A DNA stretch of 64,000 bases from an uncultured Actinomycetota bacterium (lineage in GTDB: Bacteria > Actinomycetota > Actinomycetes > JAHEKZ01): NCBI GenBank assembly GCA_963718235.1, contig CAVQYR010000001.1, forward strand, positions 1,312,001-1,376,000, written 5' to 3'. The translations under genes and the position numbers were made by a program. Every line of letters starts with the position of its first letter. Within the stretch, counting starts at the first letter, position 1. Positions 17,778 to 28,808 of the stretch are shown here, in pieces. Under the pieces are notes generated by a model, which had not been told where the DNA came from, made no database searches, and worked only from the letters and a program-made list of their open reading frames with translations.

Positions 17778-19862
17778 GTGGTGGCAGTGCCGGACGCACC
17801 GTCTGGACGCCCCCTGGCCTTGACGGTGAGGGGAGCGTGTCCGCACGACTGTCCGGACACCTGTGCCTGGACCGTGACGGTGGAGGACGGTCGCGCCACC
17901 CAGCTGCACGGCGACCCGGAGCATCCGTTCACCCGAGGTGGGCTGTGCGCCAAGGTCAACCGGTTCCTGGACGACCGCGTGTACCACCCCGACCGGTTGC
18001 TCCACCCCCTGCGACGCACCGGTACCAAGGGGACGGCGACGTTCACGCGGGTCTCCTGGCAGGAGGCCCTGGAGGAGATCGCCGAGCGCCTGAAGCAGCT
18101 GGTCGACCAGCACGGCGGCGAAGCCGTCCTGCCCTACAGCTACCTGGGGACCCAGGGGATGGTGCAGGGCAGTGGGGTGAGCGACGTCTTCTTCGCCCGG
18201 CTCGGCGCCACGAACCTCGTGCGCGCCGTGTGCGGAAGCGCCGGCAACGCTGGTGCGTCGGTGACCATGGGTCACGGGGTCGGCTTGCTGCCCGAGGAGC
18301 TGCGGCACGCACGGTTCATCGTGCTGTGGGGGACGAACACCGTGTCCACGAACCTGCATCTTTGGCCGTTCCTTCGCGAGGCTCGCGAGCACGGAGCGAA
18401 GCTCGTGGTGATCGACCCACTCCTGACCAGGACGGCGAAGGCAGCGGACTGGCATCTGCGTCCTATGCCCGGCACCGATGCCGCCCTGGCCCTCGGCCTG
18501 ATGCGCGTCATCGTCGACGAGGGGCTGGTCGACCAGGCGTACGTCGCCGAGCACACCGTCGGGTTCGACCGACTCGTCGAACGCCTTGCCGACTACTCCG
18601 TCGAACGGGTCGCAGTGCTCACCGGGCTGGACGCCGACGAGATCGTCCGGCTCGCCCGTGAGTACGCCGCGGGCGCGCCATCGGCGATTCGGGTGCTGGT
18701 CGGCATGGAGCACCACCAGTTCGGCGCAGAGTCCTTCCGGGCGATCGCCTGCCTGCCGGCACTCGTCGGAGCCTGGCGCCAGCGCGGCGGTGGACTGTGT
18801 CACATGACGTTCCAGCTGTTCGCCGAGCTCGACTGGTCATGTGGCCTCGAGGCTCCCGAGAACAACGCGCGCTCGGTGAACATGGTGCAGGTGGGTCGCG
18901 CGCTCACGAGGCTGGAACCGCCCGTTCGGGCGCTCGTCGTGTACAACTCCAACCCGGCAGTCATCGCACCCGAGCAGAACCTCGTGCTCGCCGGTTTGGC
19001 CAGGGACGACCTGTTCACCGTGGTCGTCGAGCACGTCATGACTGACACGGCGCGCTTCGCGGACTTCGTCCTCCCGGCCACGACGCAGGTCGAGCACCAC
19101 GACGTCCTGTGGTCGTGGGGGCACAGCTACCTCGCGTGGAACGAGCCGGCGGTCGCCCCGGTCGGGGAGGCGCTCCCCAATGCCGAGATCTTCAGGCGGC
19201 TCGGGCGAGGAATGGGCTTCACCGACCCAGCCTTCCACGGCACGGACCGCGACCTCGCCGAGGCGGCCATTGGGCCACTCGGTGCAGAACGCGGGTCACT
19301 CCTCAAGGCACAGGGCTGGCTGCAGATGGACGACCAGCGCCACACGCTTCCGTATGCGCAGGGCGGCTTCGACACCCCGTCGGGCAAGGTCGAGCTCTTC
19401 AGCGCTTCGCGGGCCGCGGCCGGCTTGGATCCCCTGCCCGCCTACCGACCCGCCCACGAAGGGGCGCACGGCGACCCGGAGCTGTCCAGGCGGTACCCCC
19501 TGCTGGCTCTGACGGCGAAGTCGGCACATCACTTCCTGAACTCCAGCTACGGACACGTCGAACGAGCCAGGCGGGCGGAACGGGAGCCGAGCGTCGACAT
19601 CCATCCGACGGATGCGGGTGCGCGCGGCATCGCCGACGGCGCCACGGTGCGCGTCCTCAACGACCGAGGCGCGCTGACCCTGCGGGCCAGGGTCGGTGCC
19701 TGGGTCCGGCCTGGCGTCGTGTCGGTGCCTTCTGGGTGGTGGGCGTCAGCCGCACCCGACGGCCGGTCGGCGAACACGCTGACCCCGGACGGGATCTCCG
19801 ACCTGGGCGAGGGCGGCGACTTCCACGACTGCCTGGTCGAGGTGGTCGCCGTCGAGGAGTAG
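17778..19862 (+). CDS. Stand-alone molybdopterin (Mo-bisPGD) oxidoreductase with N-terminal Fe-S cluster
   Basis: CPHDCPDTC...GGLCAK, TDTARFADFVLPATT, C-terminal HHFLNS MopB domain; TACGGT 6 nt before GTG. Confidence 0.88.
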   Translation: MVAVPDAPSGRPLALTVRGACPHDCPDTCAWTVTVEDGRATQLHGDPEHPFTRGGLCAKVNRFLDDRVYHPDRLLHPLRRTGTKGTATFTRVSWQEALEEIAERLKQLVDQHGGEAVLPYSYLGTQGMVQGSGVSDVFFARLGATNLVRAVCGSAGNAGASVTMGHGVGLLPEELRHARFIVLWGTNTVSTNLHLWPFLREAREHGAKLVVIDPLLTRTAKAADWHLRPMPGTDAALALGLMRVIVDEGLVDQAYVAEHTVGFDRLVERLADYSVERVAVLTGLDADEIVRLAREYAAGAPSAIRVLVGMEHHQFGAESFRAIACLPALVGAWRQRGGGLCHMTFQLFAELDWSCGLEAPENNARSVNMVQVGRALTRLEPPVRALVVYNSNPAVIAPEQNLVLAGLARDDLFTVVVEHVMTDTARFADFVLPATTQVEHHDVLWSWGHSYLAWNEPAVAPVGEALPNAEIFRRLGRGMGFTDPAFHGTDRDLAEAAIGPLGAERGSLLKAQGWLQMDDQRHTLPYAQGGFDTPSGKVELFSASRAAAGLDPLPAYRPAHEGAHGDPELSRRYPLLALTAKSAHHFLNSSYGHVERARRAEREPSVDIHPTDAGARGIADGATVRVLNDRGALTLRARVGAWVRPGVVSVPSGWWASAAPDGRSANTLTPDGISDLGEGGDFHDCLVEVVAVEE

Positions 19863-19887
19863 CCGTCGCCTTCAGCGGGTCGCTCGT

Positions 19888-20565
19888 TCAGGTCAGCCGC
19901 CAGTCGACTCCGGGTGACCCTTGCTCGGCGAGCAGGGCGTTGACCCGGCTGAAGGGCCGTGAACCGAAGAACCCCCGGTCGGCCGACATGGGACTCGGGT
20001 GGGCACTGGCCACGATCGGGACGCCGCGAAGTCGCGGGGTGAGCGACTGGGCGTCGCGGCCCCACAGCACCGCCACCAGCGGGCCACCTCGGGACACGAG
20101 CGCGTCGATCGCCTGGTCGGTGACCGCCTCCCAGCCCTTGCCACGGTGCGAGCCCGGCTGCCCCGGCGCGACGGTGAGCACCCGGTTGAGCAGCAGGACC
20201 CCGTGCTCGGCCCAGGGGCTCAGGTCACCGGTCGACGGCCGCGGCAGACCGAGGTCGCCCACGTACTCGGCGAAGATGTTCTGCAGGCTGCGTGGCAGGG
20301 GGCGGGTCTGCGGGCTCACCGAGAAGGACAGCCCCACCGGATGACCCGGGGTGGGGTAGGGGTCCTGCCCCACGATCAGTACCCGCACGTCGGCCAGGGG
20401 CTGGGTGAAGGCGCGCAGGACCCGGTCGCCGCTGGGCAGGTAGGTCCGCCCCTGGGCGATCTCCTGGCGCAGGAAGTCGCCCATGGCCTGGATCTGCTCG
20501 GACACCGGGGCCAGTGCGGCCGCCCAGTCCGGGTCGACGAGCTCGGCCAGCGGCACGCGGGTCAT
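19888..20565 (-). CDS. ung: Uracil-DNA glycosylase
   Basis: [15 protein letters not shown] and HPSPMSA motifs. Confidence 0.95.
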   Translation of the reverse strand: MTRVPLAELVDPDWAAALAPVSEQIQAMGDFLRQEIAQGRTYLPSGDRVLRAFTQPLADVRVLIVGQDPYPTPGHPVGLSFSVSPQTRPLPRSLQNIFAEYVGDLGLPRPSTGDLSPWAEHGVLLLNRVLTVAPGQPGSHRGKGWEAVTDQAIDALVSRGGPLVAVLWGRDAQSLTPRLRGVPIVASAHPSPMSADRGFFGSRPFSRVNALLAEQGSPGVDWRLT

Positions 20566-20575
20566 CCCCGTGGCC

Positions 20576-22009
20576 TTACGCATCGCCGTGCTGAGGCCAA
20601 CGGCTCGGATCGTCCGTGTGGACTAGGGCTGCCCGTCTGTCCGTACGGGCGACGGCAAACAGGCCCCAGCTGCCGGGCACGCCCTTCAGCTCGGCAACCC
20701 CACGCTCCTCGAAGGCGATTCCCGACCCGGCGACCAGGTCCTTGACCGTGCCCGACACGAGCACCTCGTCCGCGGCCGCCTGAGCCGCTATGCGCGCACC
20801 GATGTGCACGGCGATCCCACCAACCTTCCCGTCGAGCACCTCGCACTCGCCGGTGTGCAGCCCCACGCGCAGCTGGAGCCCGAGGTCGTGCACTCCGTCG
20901 CTGATCGCCGTCGCGCAGCGGATCGCGCGCGCCGGCCCGTCGAACGTGGCGAAGAATCCGTCACCGGCGGTGTCGACCTCGCGGCCGTTGAAGCGGGCCA
21001 GCTGGCCGCGGATAAATCGGTGGTGCTCACTCAAGAGCTCGCGCCATCGTCGGTCGCCGAGCTCGGCGAGCTGGGCGGTCGCGCCCACGATGTCGGTGAA
21101 CAGCACCGTGGCGAGCACCCGGTCCGGCTCCACGGCGTCCCACTCGCCGTCGCGCAACAGACCCTGGAGGAACGACTGGGCGGCGTCGACGATCTGGTGG
21201 GAGTCGACCCACCAGCTGTGGTCGATGCCGTCGAGCTCGACGAACTCGGCGCCGGGGATCCGCTCTGCGAGGTATCGCCCCTCGTCGGCCACCACGTCCT
21301 CGTCGCCGACCCGGTGGAGCACGAGTGTCGGTACGCGTACGGCAGGCAGGACATTACGTACGTCGATCTCGGCATTCATCCGGCTCAACTGCGACACCGT
21401 GCTGGGGCTTGCACTGATCCGACACCACCGACGCCACCAGCGACGCGTCGCCTCGTCATCGGCAACGGTCGGGGCCAGACTCTGGAGCACCCAGTCGCAC
21501 CACTCGTCGGTGAGCCGACGGCCGGAGCGTTCCATCTCGCGGAGCTCCTCGAGCATCTGATCGCGCGGAGTTGCCCATGGGTAGTCCGCTGCGGGCGTGT
21601 AGGTGGTCAGTGTCGCCAGCGCCCCGAACAGCACCAGGGCAGCGGTGCGCTCCGGGTGTGACGCGGCGAAGAGCATCGCCATGGGCCCGCCCTCAGAAAC
21701 CCCGACGATGGCGGCCCGTCGGGAGCCAACCGCGTCCATGACCGCACGCACGTCGTCCATGCGGGTCTGCAGGTCGGGGATACCGGTCACCCGGTCGGAC
21801 AGGCCGGTTCCCCGCTTGTCGAACAGGATGAGCCGGCAGAAGGACGACATCTGCTCGTAGAACTTGGCCGGAAGACCTTCCCACGCCGTCTCGAAGTTCG
21901 ACAGGATCCACCCGCTGATGAAGACGATGTCGAAGGGCCCGTCTCCCATGGTCGCGTACGCAATGCTGATGTCGCCGCTGCGGGCATATCGGATCTCCGG
22001 CCCTTCCAT
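20576..22009 (-). CDS. Alpha/beta-hydrolase fused to class III adenylate/guanylate cyclase (LipJ-like)
   Basis: DKRGTGLSD and GVSEGG hydrolase motifs, then [34 protein letters not shown]. Confidence 0.9.
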   Translation of the reverse strand: MEGPEIRYARSGDISIAYATMGDGPFDIVFISGWILSNFETAWEGLPAKFYEQMSSFCRLILFDKRGTGLSDRVTGIPDLQTRMDDVRAVMDAVGSRRAAIVGVSEGGPMAMLFAASHPERTAALVLFGALATLTTYTPAADYPWATPRDQMLEELREMERSGRRLTDEWCDWVLQSLAPTVADDEATRRWWRRWCRISASPSTVSQLSRMNAEIDVRNVLPAVRVPTLVLHRVGDEDVVADEGRYLAERIPGAEFVELDGIDHSWWVDSHQIVDAAQSFLQGLLRDGEWDAVEPDRVLATVLFTDIVGATAQLAELGDRRWRELLSEHHRFIRGQLARFNGREVDTAGDGFFATFDGPARAIRCATAISDGVHDLGLQLRVGLHTGECEVLDGKVGGIAVHIGARIAAQAAADEVLVSGTVKDLVAGSGIAFEERGVAELKGVPGSWGLFAVARTDRRAALVHTDDPSRWPQHGDA

Positions 22010-22102
22010 GGGCCCAGTGTCTTGTGTGCCAAGGCCACGGGCAAGGGGAGCCGTCCTGAATCGCCCGACACGGGAGGGACGGGTCGCCGTACGCTGCGTG
22101 CC

Positions 22103-24079
22103 ATGACGGCGCCCACCTTCCCTCACCTGTTCAGTCCGCTCCGGGTGGGGTCGGTCAGGCTCAAGAACCGGATCGTGTCCTCCGGACACGACACCGTGAT
22201 GGCCGAGAACGGACGCGTCACCGACCGGCTCATCGCCTACCACGAGGCGCGGGCGGCCGGAGGTGTCGGGCTCATCGTCCTGCAGGTGTCCGGTGTGCAC
22301 GAGACGGCGAAGTACACCTCCCACGTCCTGATGGCCGACACCGACGACGGCATGGACGGCTACCGGCGGCTGGCCGAGACGGTGCACGCCCACGACTGCC
22401 TGGTGTTCGGACAGCTGTTCCATGGGGGCCGGGAGATCATGGAGAGCCAGGACGGCTCGCTGCCGGTGTCCTTGGCCCCCTCGTCGGTACCGAACGAGCG
22501 GTTCCACGTGATGCCGAGGTCCATGCCCCCGGCCCTGATCGGCGAGGTCGTCGACGGGTACGCCAGTGCTGCGCGCAGGCTGCGCGACGCCGGGCTCGAC
22601 GGCGCTGAGGTGGTCGCGTCGCACGGGTACCTCCCAGCCCAGTTCCTGAACCCCCGGGTGAACCTGCGAACCGACTCCTACGGCGGCACCGACGAGAACC
22701 GGCTGCGTTTCCTCCGGCAGGTCCTGGCGGCGGTGCGCGGTGAGGTCGGCACCGACTTCGTCGTCGGGCTGCGGGTGTCGGTGGGGGAGGAGTCGGACGA
22801 GGGGCTGGACGTCGACGAGGTCCTGGCCGCATTGCGGCAGCTCGACGGGGACCGGACCCTCGACTACGTCAGCGTCGTGGCGGGCACCTCGGCGACGCTG
22901 ACCGGGTCGGACCACATCGTGCCTCCCATGAGCTTTCCCGCGGCGTACACCGCCCCGCTGGCGGCCAAGGTCAAGAGCGTCGTGAGCGTCCCGGTGATGG
23001 TGGCTGGGCGGATCAACCAGCCGCAGGAGGGGGACCAGGTGATCGCCGCGGGGCAGGCCGACGCCGTGGCGATGACCCGTGCCCTGATCTGCGACCCGGA
23101 CCTGCCGGCCAAGGCGTCCGCGGGCCAGGTCGAGGAGATCCGGGCCTGCATCGGCTGCAACCAGGCCTGCATCGGGCACTTCCACAGCCGGCTACCCGAT
23201 CTCGTGCATCCAGCGACCCGAGACGGGGCGCGAGCGCTTGTACGGACTGGTGGTCCCGGCCAAGGAGCCCCGCGAGGTGATGGTCGTCGGCGGAGGGGTC
23301 GGGGGCATGAAGGCGGCGGTCGTCGCGGCCAGTCGCGGCCACCGGGTCACCCTGTACGAGGCGGCCCGACGCCTCGGCGGCCAGGTGCTGCTGGCCGAGC
23401 AGCTGCCCGGACGTGCGGAGTTCGGCGGGGCGGTCACCAACCTGCTGGGCGAGGTCGAGCGGGCCGGGGTGAAGGTCGTGACCGGGGTCGAGGTCGATGC
23501 CGACGTCGTCGTCGACGCCGCCCCGGACGTGGTGGTGGTCGCCACGGGCGCCCGGCCCCGGCGCCCGGCCCTGGAGCTGCTCGACGACCCGGTCGTCCTC
23601 GACGCCTGGCAAGTGATCTCCGGTTCACATGTGCCTGCCGGTCGGGTCGTCGTGGCCGACTGGCGCTGCGACTGGGTCGGCCTCGGCGTCGCGACGATGC
23701 TGGCCGAACGCGGGCACAAGGTCACTCTCGGCGTCGACGGCTACATGGCCGGGCCAGCGCATCCAGCAGTACGTGCGCGACGAGATGACCAAGCACGCGG
23801 TGCTGGCCGGTGTGTCGATCGTCACCCTCGTGCGCCCCTACGGCGCCGACGCGGACACGGTGTACCTGCAGCACGTGCTGACTGGAGAACCGGTGATCAT
23901 CGACGACGTGGCCGCGCTGGTGCTGGCCCAGGGGCACGAGCCGGTGACCACCGTCGCCGACGTCGCTGGGCTCGTCCGCCGCCTTCACCGGGGAGGTGCA
24001 CCAGGTCGGGGACTGTCTGGCGCCGCGCACCGTCGAGGAAGCGGTCCTCGAGGGCCTGCAGGTCGCCACCCGCCTCTGA
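22103..24079 (+). pseudogene. Old-yellow-enzyme/Fe-S/FAD NADH:flavin oxidoreductase split by three +1 frameshifts (pseudogene or sequencing error)
   Basis: LKNRIVSSGH, SHGYLPAQFL, NLRTDSYGG and CIGCNQAC; continues in shifted frames as YPISCIQ...VVGGGVGGM, QRIQQYVRD and GDCLAPRTVEEA. Shifts near 23187, 23752 and about 23970. Confidence 0.85.
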
Positions 24080-24116
24080 CCCATCTGCTGACGGTCGGAC
24101 GCTAGGCTCACTCGCC

Positions 24117-24773
24117 GTGAGCAACGATCCGTTGGCCCTGCTGCCGGGCGAGAAGCTGGTCCTGAAGTCGCACCCGCACTGGTGGTTCTTCTGGCAGTAC
24201 GTCGTGGCGGCGCTGGTGGTGCTCGGGCTGCTCGTCCTCGGGTCCGTGGTCGGCGGCAGCGTCGGGAGCTTCCTCCTCTGGGTCGCCCTAGCGGCGTTCG
24301 TCGTCGATCTGCTCGCCACCTTGGCCCGGTTCGTGATCTGGCGCACGACCACCTTCGCGGTCAGCGACAAGCGGGTGGCCTACCAGTCGGGCCTGGTCAG
24401 CCGGCGCGGGGTCTCGATCCCGCTGAACCGAGTCAACAACGTCAACTTCAGCCAGGGCGTGATCGACCGGATGCTCAACAACGGCACGGTGACCATCGAG
24501 TCGGCGGGGCAGACCGGTGACTCGGTGTTCGAGAACATCCCCGACCCGCAGACCGTTCGGCAGATGATCTTCACCCAGATGGACGCCGACGAGCAGGCTG
24601 ACTCCCACCGCGACGCGGCGGCGATCGCCGACGCGCTCAAGCAGGCGCCGGGGGCCGGGGCGTCGCCGGCTGCGCACGACCGGCTGACCCAGCTCGAGGC
24701 GCTTCGGGCCAAGGGGCTCGTCACCGATGACGAGTACGCGGCCAAGCGCGCGGAGATCCTCGGCGACCTGTAG
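24117..24773 (+). CDS. Membrane protein with bacterial PH domain and C-terminal SHOCT domain
   Basis: HPHWW, two TM segments, SIPLNRVNNV, GTVTIESAG, LRAKGLVTDDEYAAKRAEIL. Confidence 0.82.
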   Translation: MSNDPLALLPGEKLVLKSHPHWWFFWQYVVAALVVLGLLVLGSVVGGSVGSFLLWVALAAFVVDLLATLARFVIWRTTTFAVSDKRVAYQSGLVSRRGVSIPLNRVNNVNFSQGVIDRMLNNGTVTIESAGQTGDSVFENIPDPQTVRQMIFTQMDADEQADSHRDAAAIADALKQAPGAGASPAAHDRLTQLEALRAKGLVTDDEYAAKRAEILGDL

Positions 24774-24803
24774 GAGGGTCGACCCAAGCGGGTAGCGGCC
24801 GGG

Positions 24804-25583
24804 TCAGCGACCCTGCCAGACGGGTGAGCGTCCCTCGGCGAAGGCCTGCGGACCTTCGAGAGCGTCGGACGACGTCAGCATCCGCTGGTACGCGGGCAGC
24901 TCGCCGCTGCGCAGGCGGGCGTAGCCGGCCTCGACGCCCAGCCCCTCGGTCTCACGCACGACCTCGAGCACCGCGGCGACTGCCAGGGGCGCCCCCTCGG
25001 CCACGGCCCTGGCGAGCTCGAGCGCCGCGGGCAGCAGTGCGGTGGCGTTCACCACCTGGTTGACCAGCCCGAGCGTGGCTGCCTCCGCCGCCCCGAGCCG
25101 GCGTCCGGTCAGCAACAGCTCCAGTGCGACGGCCCGGGGGAGGCGCGCGGGCAGGCGGAGCAGGCCACCGGAGTCGGGGACGATCCCGAGCCCGACCTCG
25201 GGCAGGGCGAACTCCGCGTGGTCTGCGGCGACGACCAGGTCGGCCGCGAGGGCGAGCTCGAACCCGCCTCCGAGGGCCAGTCCGTTCACCGCCGCGATCA
25301 CCGGTTTGCCGAGGCCGAACAGCTCGGTCAGCCCGGCGAACCCACCCGGTCCGTGGTCGGCGTCGACCGCCTCGCCGGCGGCGGCGGCCTTGAGGTCCCA
25401 ACCGGCGCAGAAGAACCGCTCGCCGGCCCCGGTGATCACGCCGACGCGCAGCGAGGGATCGTCACGCAGCCGGGCGAAGGCGTCGTAGAGGGCGCGGCTC
25501 ACCGTGACATTGACCGCATTGGCCTTCGGGTTGTCCAGCGTGACGACCAGGGTGGTGCCGTCGACGGCGACGTCGACGCTCAT
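24804..25583 (-). CDS. Enoyl-CoA hydratase (crotonobetainyl/carnitinyl-CoA dehydratase-like)
   Basis: [39 protein letters not shown]. Confidence 0.88.
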   Translation of the reverse strand: MSVDVAVDGTTLVVTLDNPKANAVNVTVSRALYDAFARLRDDPSLRVGVITGAGERFFCAGWDLKAAAAGEAVDADHGPGGFAGLTELFGLGKPVIAAVNGLALGGGFELALAADLVVAADHAEFALPEVGLGIVPDSGGLLRLPARLPRAVALELLLTGRRLGAAEAATLGLVNQVVNATALLPAALELARAVAEGAPLAVAAVLEVVRETEGLGVEAGYARLRSGELPAYQRMLTSSDALEGPQAFAEGRSPVWQGR

Positions 25584-26749
25584 CGCGCCTTCGCCTCGAT
25601 CGGGCGGAGCAGGCCGCGGGAGATGATGTGGCGCTGGATCTCGCTCGTGCCGTCCCAGATCCGTTCGACCCTGGCGTCGCGCCACCATCGCTCGACCTGG
25701 TACTCGCGGACGAGTCCCATGCCGCCGAAGGTCTGCACCGCGCGGTCGGTGACGCGCCCCAACGCCTCGGTGGCGTAGAGCTTGGCCATCGCGACGTCAA
25801 TGTCGCTGAGCGTCCCGGCGTCGGAGCGGGAAGCGGCCTGGAGCGTGAGCAGCTGGGCGGCCTCGATCTCCACGGCGGAGTCGGCGAGCTGGAAGCCGAG
25901 CCCCTGGAAGCGACCGACGGGCTGGCCGAACTGCTGGCGGTTGGCGGCCCACTCCAGGGAGGTCTGCAGCACCCGCTGCGCCCGACCCACGCAGTTGGCG
26001 GCGACGGCCAGCCGGGTGGCACCCAGCCAGGTTCCCATCAGGTCGAAGCCGCGACCCTCGTCACCGAGGACGGCGGACCGGGGGACGCGGACGTTCTCGA
26101 AGTACAGCTCACAGTGGTGGTAGCCACGGTGGGAGACGCTCGGTGACCCGCGCGTGATCGTGAGACCGGGAACGTCGGTGTCGACGAGGAACGTGGTGAT
26201 CCGCTTGCGTGGCCCCCGCTCCGTCTCATCGACCCCGGTGGTGGCGAACAGGATGATGAAGTCGGAGATGTCCGCGTGGCTGATGAACTGCTTGGTGCCG
26301 TTGATGACCCAGTCGTCGCCATCGGGCACAGCGCTGGTGGACATCCCACGTACGTCTGATCCGGCGCCCGGCTCGGTCATGGCCAGACACTCGAACCGCT
26401 CACCACGCACGGCCGGGAGCAGGTAGCGCTCGACCTGCTCCCCGACGCAGCCGCGGAGGATGTTGCTCGGCCGGGCCACGAGATGGTGCAGCGCGAACGA
26501 CGTCTTGCCCAGCTCGCGCTCGACGAGGGTCAGGGACAGCGAGTCGAGGCCCCCGCCGCCGAGGTCGTCCGGCATGTTCGGCGCGTAGAGCCCGGCGTCC
26601 AGCGCCTTGCGTCGGATCGCATTCCTCAGGTCCTCGGGTACCTCGTCGAGCCGTTCGACGTCGTCCTCGTGAGGCATCAGCTCTCGTTCGACGAACGTGC
26701 GCACGGTGTCGACGATCGCGCGCTGCTCATCGGTCAGTGCGAAGTCCAT
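25580..26749 (-). CDS. Acyl-CoA dehydrogenase (possibly gamma-butyrobetainyl-CoA dehydrogenase)
   Basis: [37 protein letters not shown]; specificity inferred from gene context. Confidence 0.9.
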   Translation of the reverse strand: MDFALTDEQRAIVDTVRTFVERELMPHEDDVERLDEVPEDLRNAIRRKALDAGLYAPNMPDDLGGGGLDSLSLTLVERELGKTSFALHHLVARPSNILRGCVGEQVERYLLPAVRGERFECLAMTEPGAGSDVRGMSTSAVPDGDDWVINGTKQFISHADISDFIILFATTGVDETERGPRKRITTFLVDTDVPGLTITRGSPSVSHRGYHHCELYFENVRVPRSAVLGDEGRGFDLMGTWLGATRLAVAANCVGRAQRVLQTSLEWAANRQQFGQPVGRFQGLGFQLADSAVEIEAAQLLTLQAASRSDAGTLSDIDVAMAKLYATEALGRVTDRAVQTFGGMGLVREYQVERWWRDARVERIWDGTSEIQRHIISRGLLRPIEAKAR

Positions 26750-26782
26750 GGTGCCTCTCCACTCGTGCGGATGGTGAACGGT

Positions 26783-27343
26783 TCATCGCCGGGGGAGCCC
26801 CATCACGTGCCCGACGTAGTCGGGGACGGGAAGCTGGGCGTGGGCGTCCCGGATCGCCTCGAGCCGGCTGAGCAGGTGCTCGGGCATGGGCGCGACCTTG
26901 CCTGCAGCCATGTCGACGTGCAGCAGCATCTGCTCGGCCGTGGCGACGAGGTCATCGGTGTCACAGCGACGGATCTCGTGCACGATGTGCACCCGTTTGG
27001 GGTCGACGCCGAGCACCTGCAGGGTGAAGCAGAGCTGGTCGCCCTCGCTGGTCTCCCGAAGGTGGTGCAGGTGGGTCTCGGCGGTGTAGAGAGAGCCACC
27101 GTTGGCCCGGTAGTCCTCGTCGATCCCGAAGTACCGGAAGAAGGCATCGGCGTTGTCTCCCACGGCCAACAGGTACGACGACTCGCTGGTGTGTCCGTTG
27201 TAGTCGACCCAGGCATGCGGAACGGCCGCCTCGTGAAGTCGAAGCGGGGCCTCGATCGGCGCCGTGTCGTCCCACCCGGCATGGGCCACGCCCTCGCGAG
27301 GAGTCGTGACGCGACGCGGCGCCTCCTGGTGGCTCTCGGTCAT
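26783..27343 (-). CDS. 4HBT-like thioesterase (betainyl-CoA thioesterase, CdhB-like)
   Basis: WVDYNGH, SLYTAETHL, ATAEQMLLHVD; GGGAGG RBS. Confidence 0.85.
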   Translation of the reverse strand: MTESHQEAPRRVTTPREGVAHAGWDDTAPIEAPLRLHEAAVPHAWVDYNGHTSESSYLLAVGDNADAFFRYFGIDEDYRANGGSLYTAETHLHHLRETSEGDQLCFTLQVLGVDPKRVHIVHEIRRCDTDDLVATAEQMLLHVDMAAGKVAPMPEHLLSRLEAIRDAHAQLPVPDYVGHVMGLPRR

Positions 27344-27372
27344 GCGTGTGCCTCCCGTGGCACGATCGACCC

Positions 27373-27828
27373 ATGACTCATGCCTCGGCCTTTCGTGAGT
27401 ACCGCTGCGAGGTGCCCGAACGCTTCATCGACTACAACGGGCACATGAACGACGCGTCGTACGCGCAGGTGCTCACCGATGCCAACGAGCTGTTCCTCGA
27501 TGCTCTGGGGCTGAGTGCGGCCTACCGTGAGGCCACCGGGTGCGCCCTGTACACCGTGGAGATGAACATCCGGTTCCTGCGAGAGGTTTCGCTGGGCGAC
27601 GTGCTCACTGCGGAGACGGTGCTCTCCGCGCACGACCGCAAGCGCGTGCGACTCGGTACGACGGTGCTCGACGCCGACGGCGAACCGGTGGCCACGGGCG
27701 ACTCGTTGTACCTGCACGTCGACACCGGCGAAGGGTCGGTCACGGAGTTCCCCGCCGACCGGGCCGAGGTCTTGGACCGCACCCAGCAGGCTCATGACAC
27801 CTCGGCTGACACGTCGGCCGATCGCTGA
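27373..27828 (+). CDS. Second 4HBT-like thioesterase paralogue, in inverted orientation
   Basis: FIDYNGHMNDASY, ALYTVEMNIRFLREV, LYLHVD; CACGAT 6 nt before ATG. Confidence 0.85.
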   Translation: MTHASAFREYRCEVPERFIDYNGHMNDASYAQVLTDANELFLDALGLSAAYREATGCALYTVEMNIRFLREVSLGDVLTAETVLSAHDRKRVRLGTTVLDADGEPVATGDSLYLHVDTGEGSVTEFPADRAEVLDRTQQAHDTSADTSADR

Positions 27829-28808
27829 CGCAGCGCCTGCTCGTAGTCGGCGAGCACCTCACCCGCGCCGTAGCCGGTGGTGCGCAGCCCTTGCAGGACG
27901 GCGACCACGCAGTCGTCGCGTAGCTGCTCGAGCTCGCGCACCGAGGCACCACCGGCCTGGGCGTCGCTTTGCGCCTCGATCCGGTCCAGCAGCTCGTCGG
28001 TGAGCTCGGGCACGTCGGTCAGCCGGCTCCACGGCCACTGGAGCGCGGGCCCGAACTGGGCCATGAAGTGCCTCATCCCGCCCTCACCTCCGGCGATCCG
28101 GTAGGTCAGCATCGTGCCCATGGACGCCCAGCGCAGCCCGGCTCCGAAGCGGATGGCGTCGTCGACCTGCTCGACCGTGGCGACGCCGTCGGCCACCAGG
28201 CCCAGCGCCTCACGCCACAGTGCCTCGAGCAGCCGGTCTGCGACGAACCCGTCGATCTCGTGCTGGAGGACGAGCGGGCGCATCCCCAGTGAGGTGTAGA
28301 CCTCGGTCGCGCGACGGACCGCTGCCTCGCTGGTCTGGCTGCCGGGGCACACCTCGACCAGGGGGAGCAGGTAGACGGGGTTGAACGGGTGCCCGACGAC
28401 CAGGCGCTGCGGGTGCGCCATGTCGGCCTGGAGCATGGTGGGCAGCAGCCCGGACGTCGAGGACCCGATGACGACCTCGGGGGCCGCCGCCCGGCTGGCC
28501 GCCGCGAGCAGGGCCTGCTTGATCGACGCGTTCTCCGGGGCGCTCTCCTGGATGAACTCCGCGTTCGCCGCGGCCTCCTCGGGGGTGGCCACGATCGTCA
28601 CCTGCCCCTCGGCCGGCAGCGGCGCGTCGGTGAGGCTGCCCCAGGCCCGGCGGGCGTTGGTCATGACCTCCTCGACCTTGCGGCCCGCCTGCGGGTCGGG
28701 GTCGAACAGGTCGACGTCGAAGCCGTTGAGGGCGAAGCGGGCGGCCCATCCGCCGCCGATGACGCCCCCGCCGAGCAGCCCGACGCGCCGACCCGTCGAC
28801 TCAGCCAT
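27792..28808 (-). CDS. L-carnitine dehydrogenase-like 3-hydroxyacyl-CoA dehydrogenase
   Basis: GGGVIGGGWAARF, IQESAPE, SSTSGL, GHPFNPVYLLPLVE, ADRLLEALWRE, GAGLRW. Confidence 0.88.
   Translation of the reverse strand: MAESTGRRVGLLGGGVIGGGWAARFALNGFDVDLFDPDPQAGRKVEEVMTNARRAWGSLTDAPLPAEGQVTIVATPEEAAANAEFIQESAPENASIKQALLAAASRAAAPEVVIGSSTSGLLPTMLQADMAHPQRLVVGHPFNPVYLLPLVEVCPGSQTSEAAVRRATEVYTSLGMRPLVLQHEIDGFVADRLLEALWREALGLVADGVATVEQVDDAIRFGAGLRWASMGTMLTYRIAGGEGGMRHFMAQFGPALQWPWSRLTDVPELTDELLDRIEAQSDAQAGGASVRELEQLRDDCVVAVLQGLRTTGYGAGEVLADYEQALRQRSADVSAEVS

Noticed and set aside
20576-23185. 869-aa minus-strand ORF as one giant cyclase fusion
   Set aside because: The part upstream of 22009 is the antisense shadow of the flavin oxidoreductase; the real protein starts at MEGPEIRY.
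23180-23985. Programmed ribosomal frameshifting in the oxidoreductase
   Set aside because: Three separate shifts would be needed and no X-XXY-YYZ slippery site was seen; error or decay is simpler.
23238-24773. Apparent oxidoreductase-PH domain fusion (511 aa)
   Set aside because: Artefact of the frameshifts; the PH gene has its own TAGGCT element and GTG at 24117.
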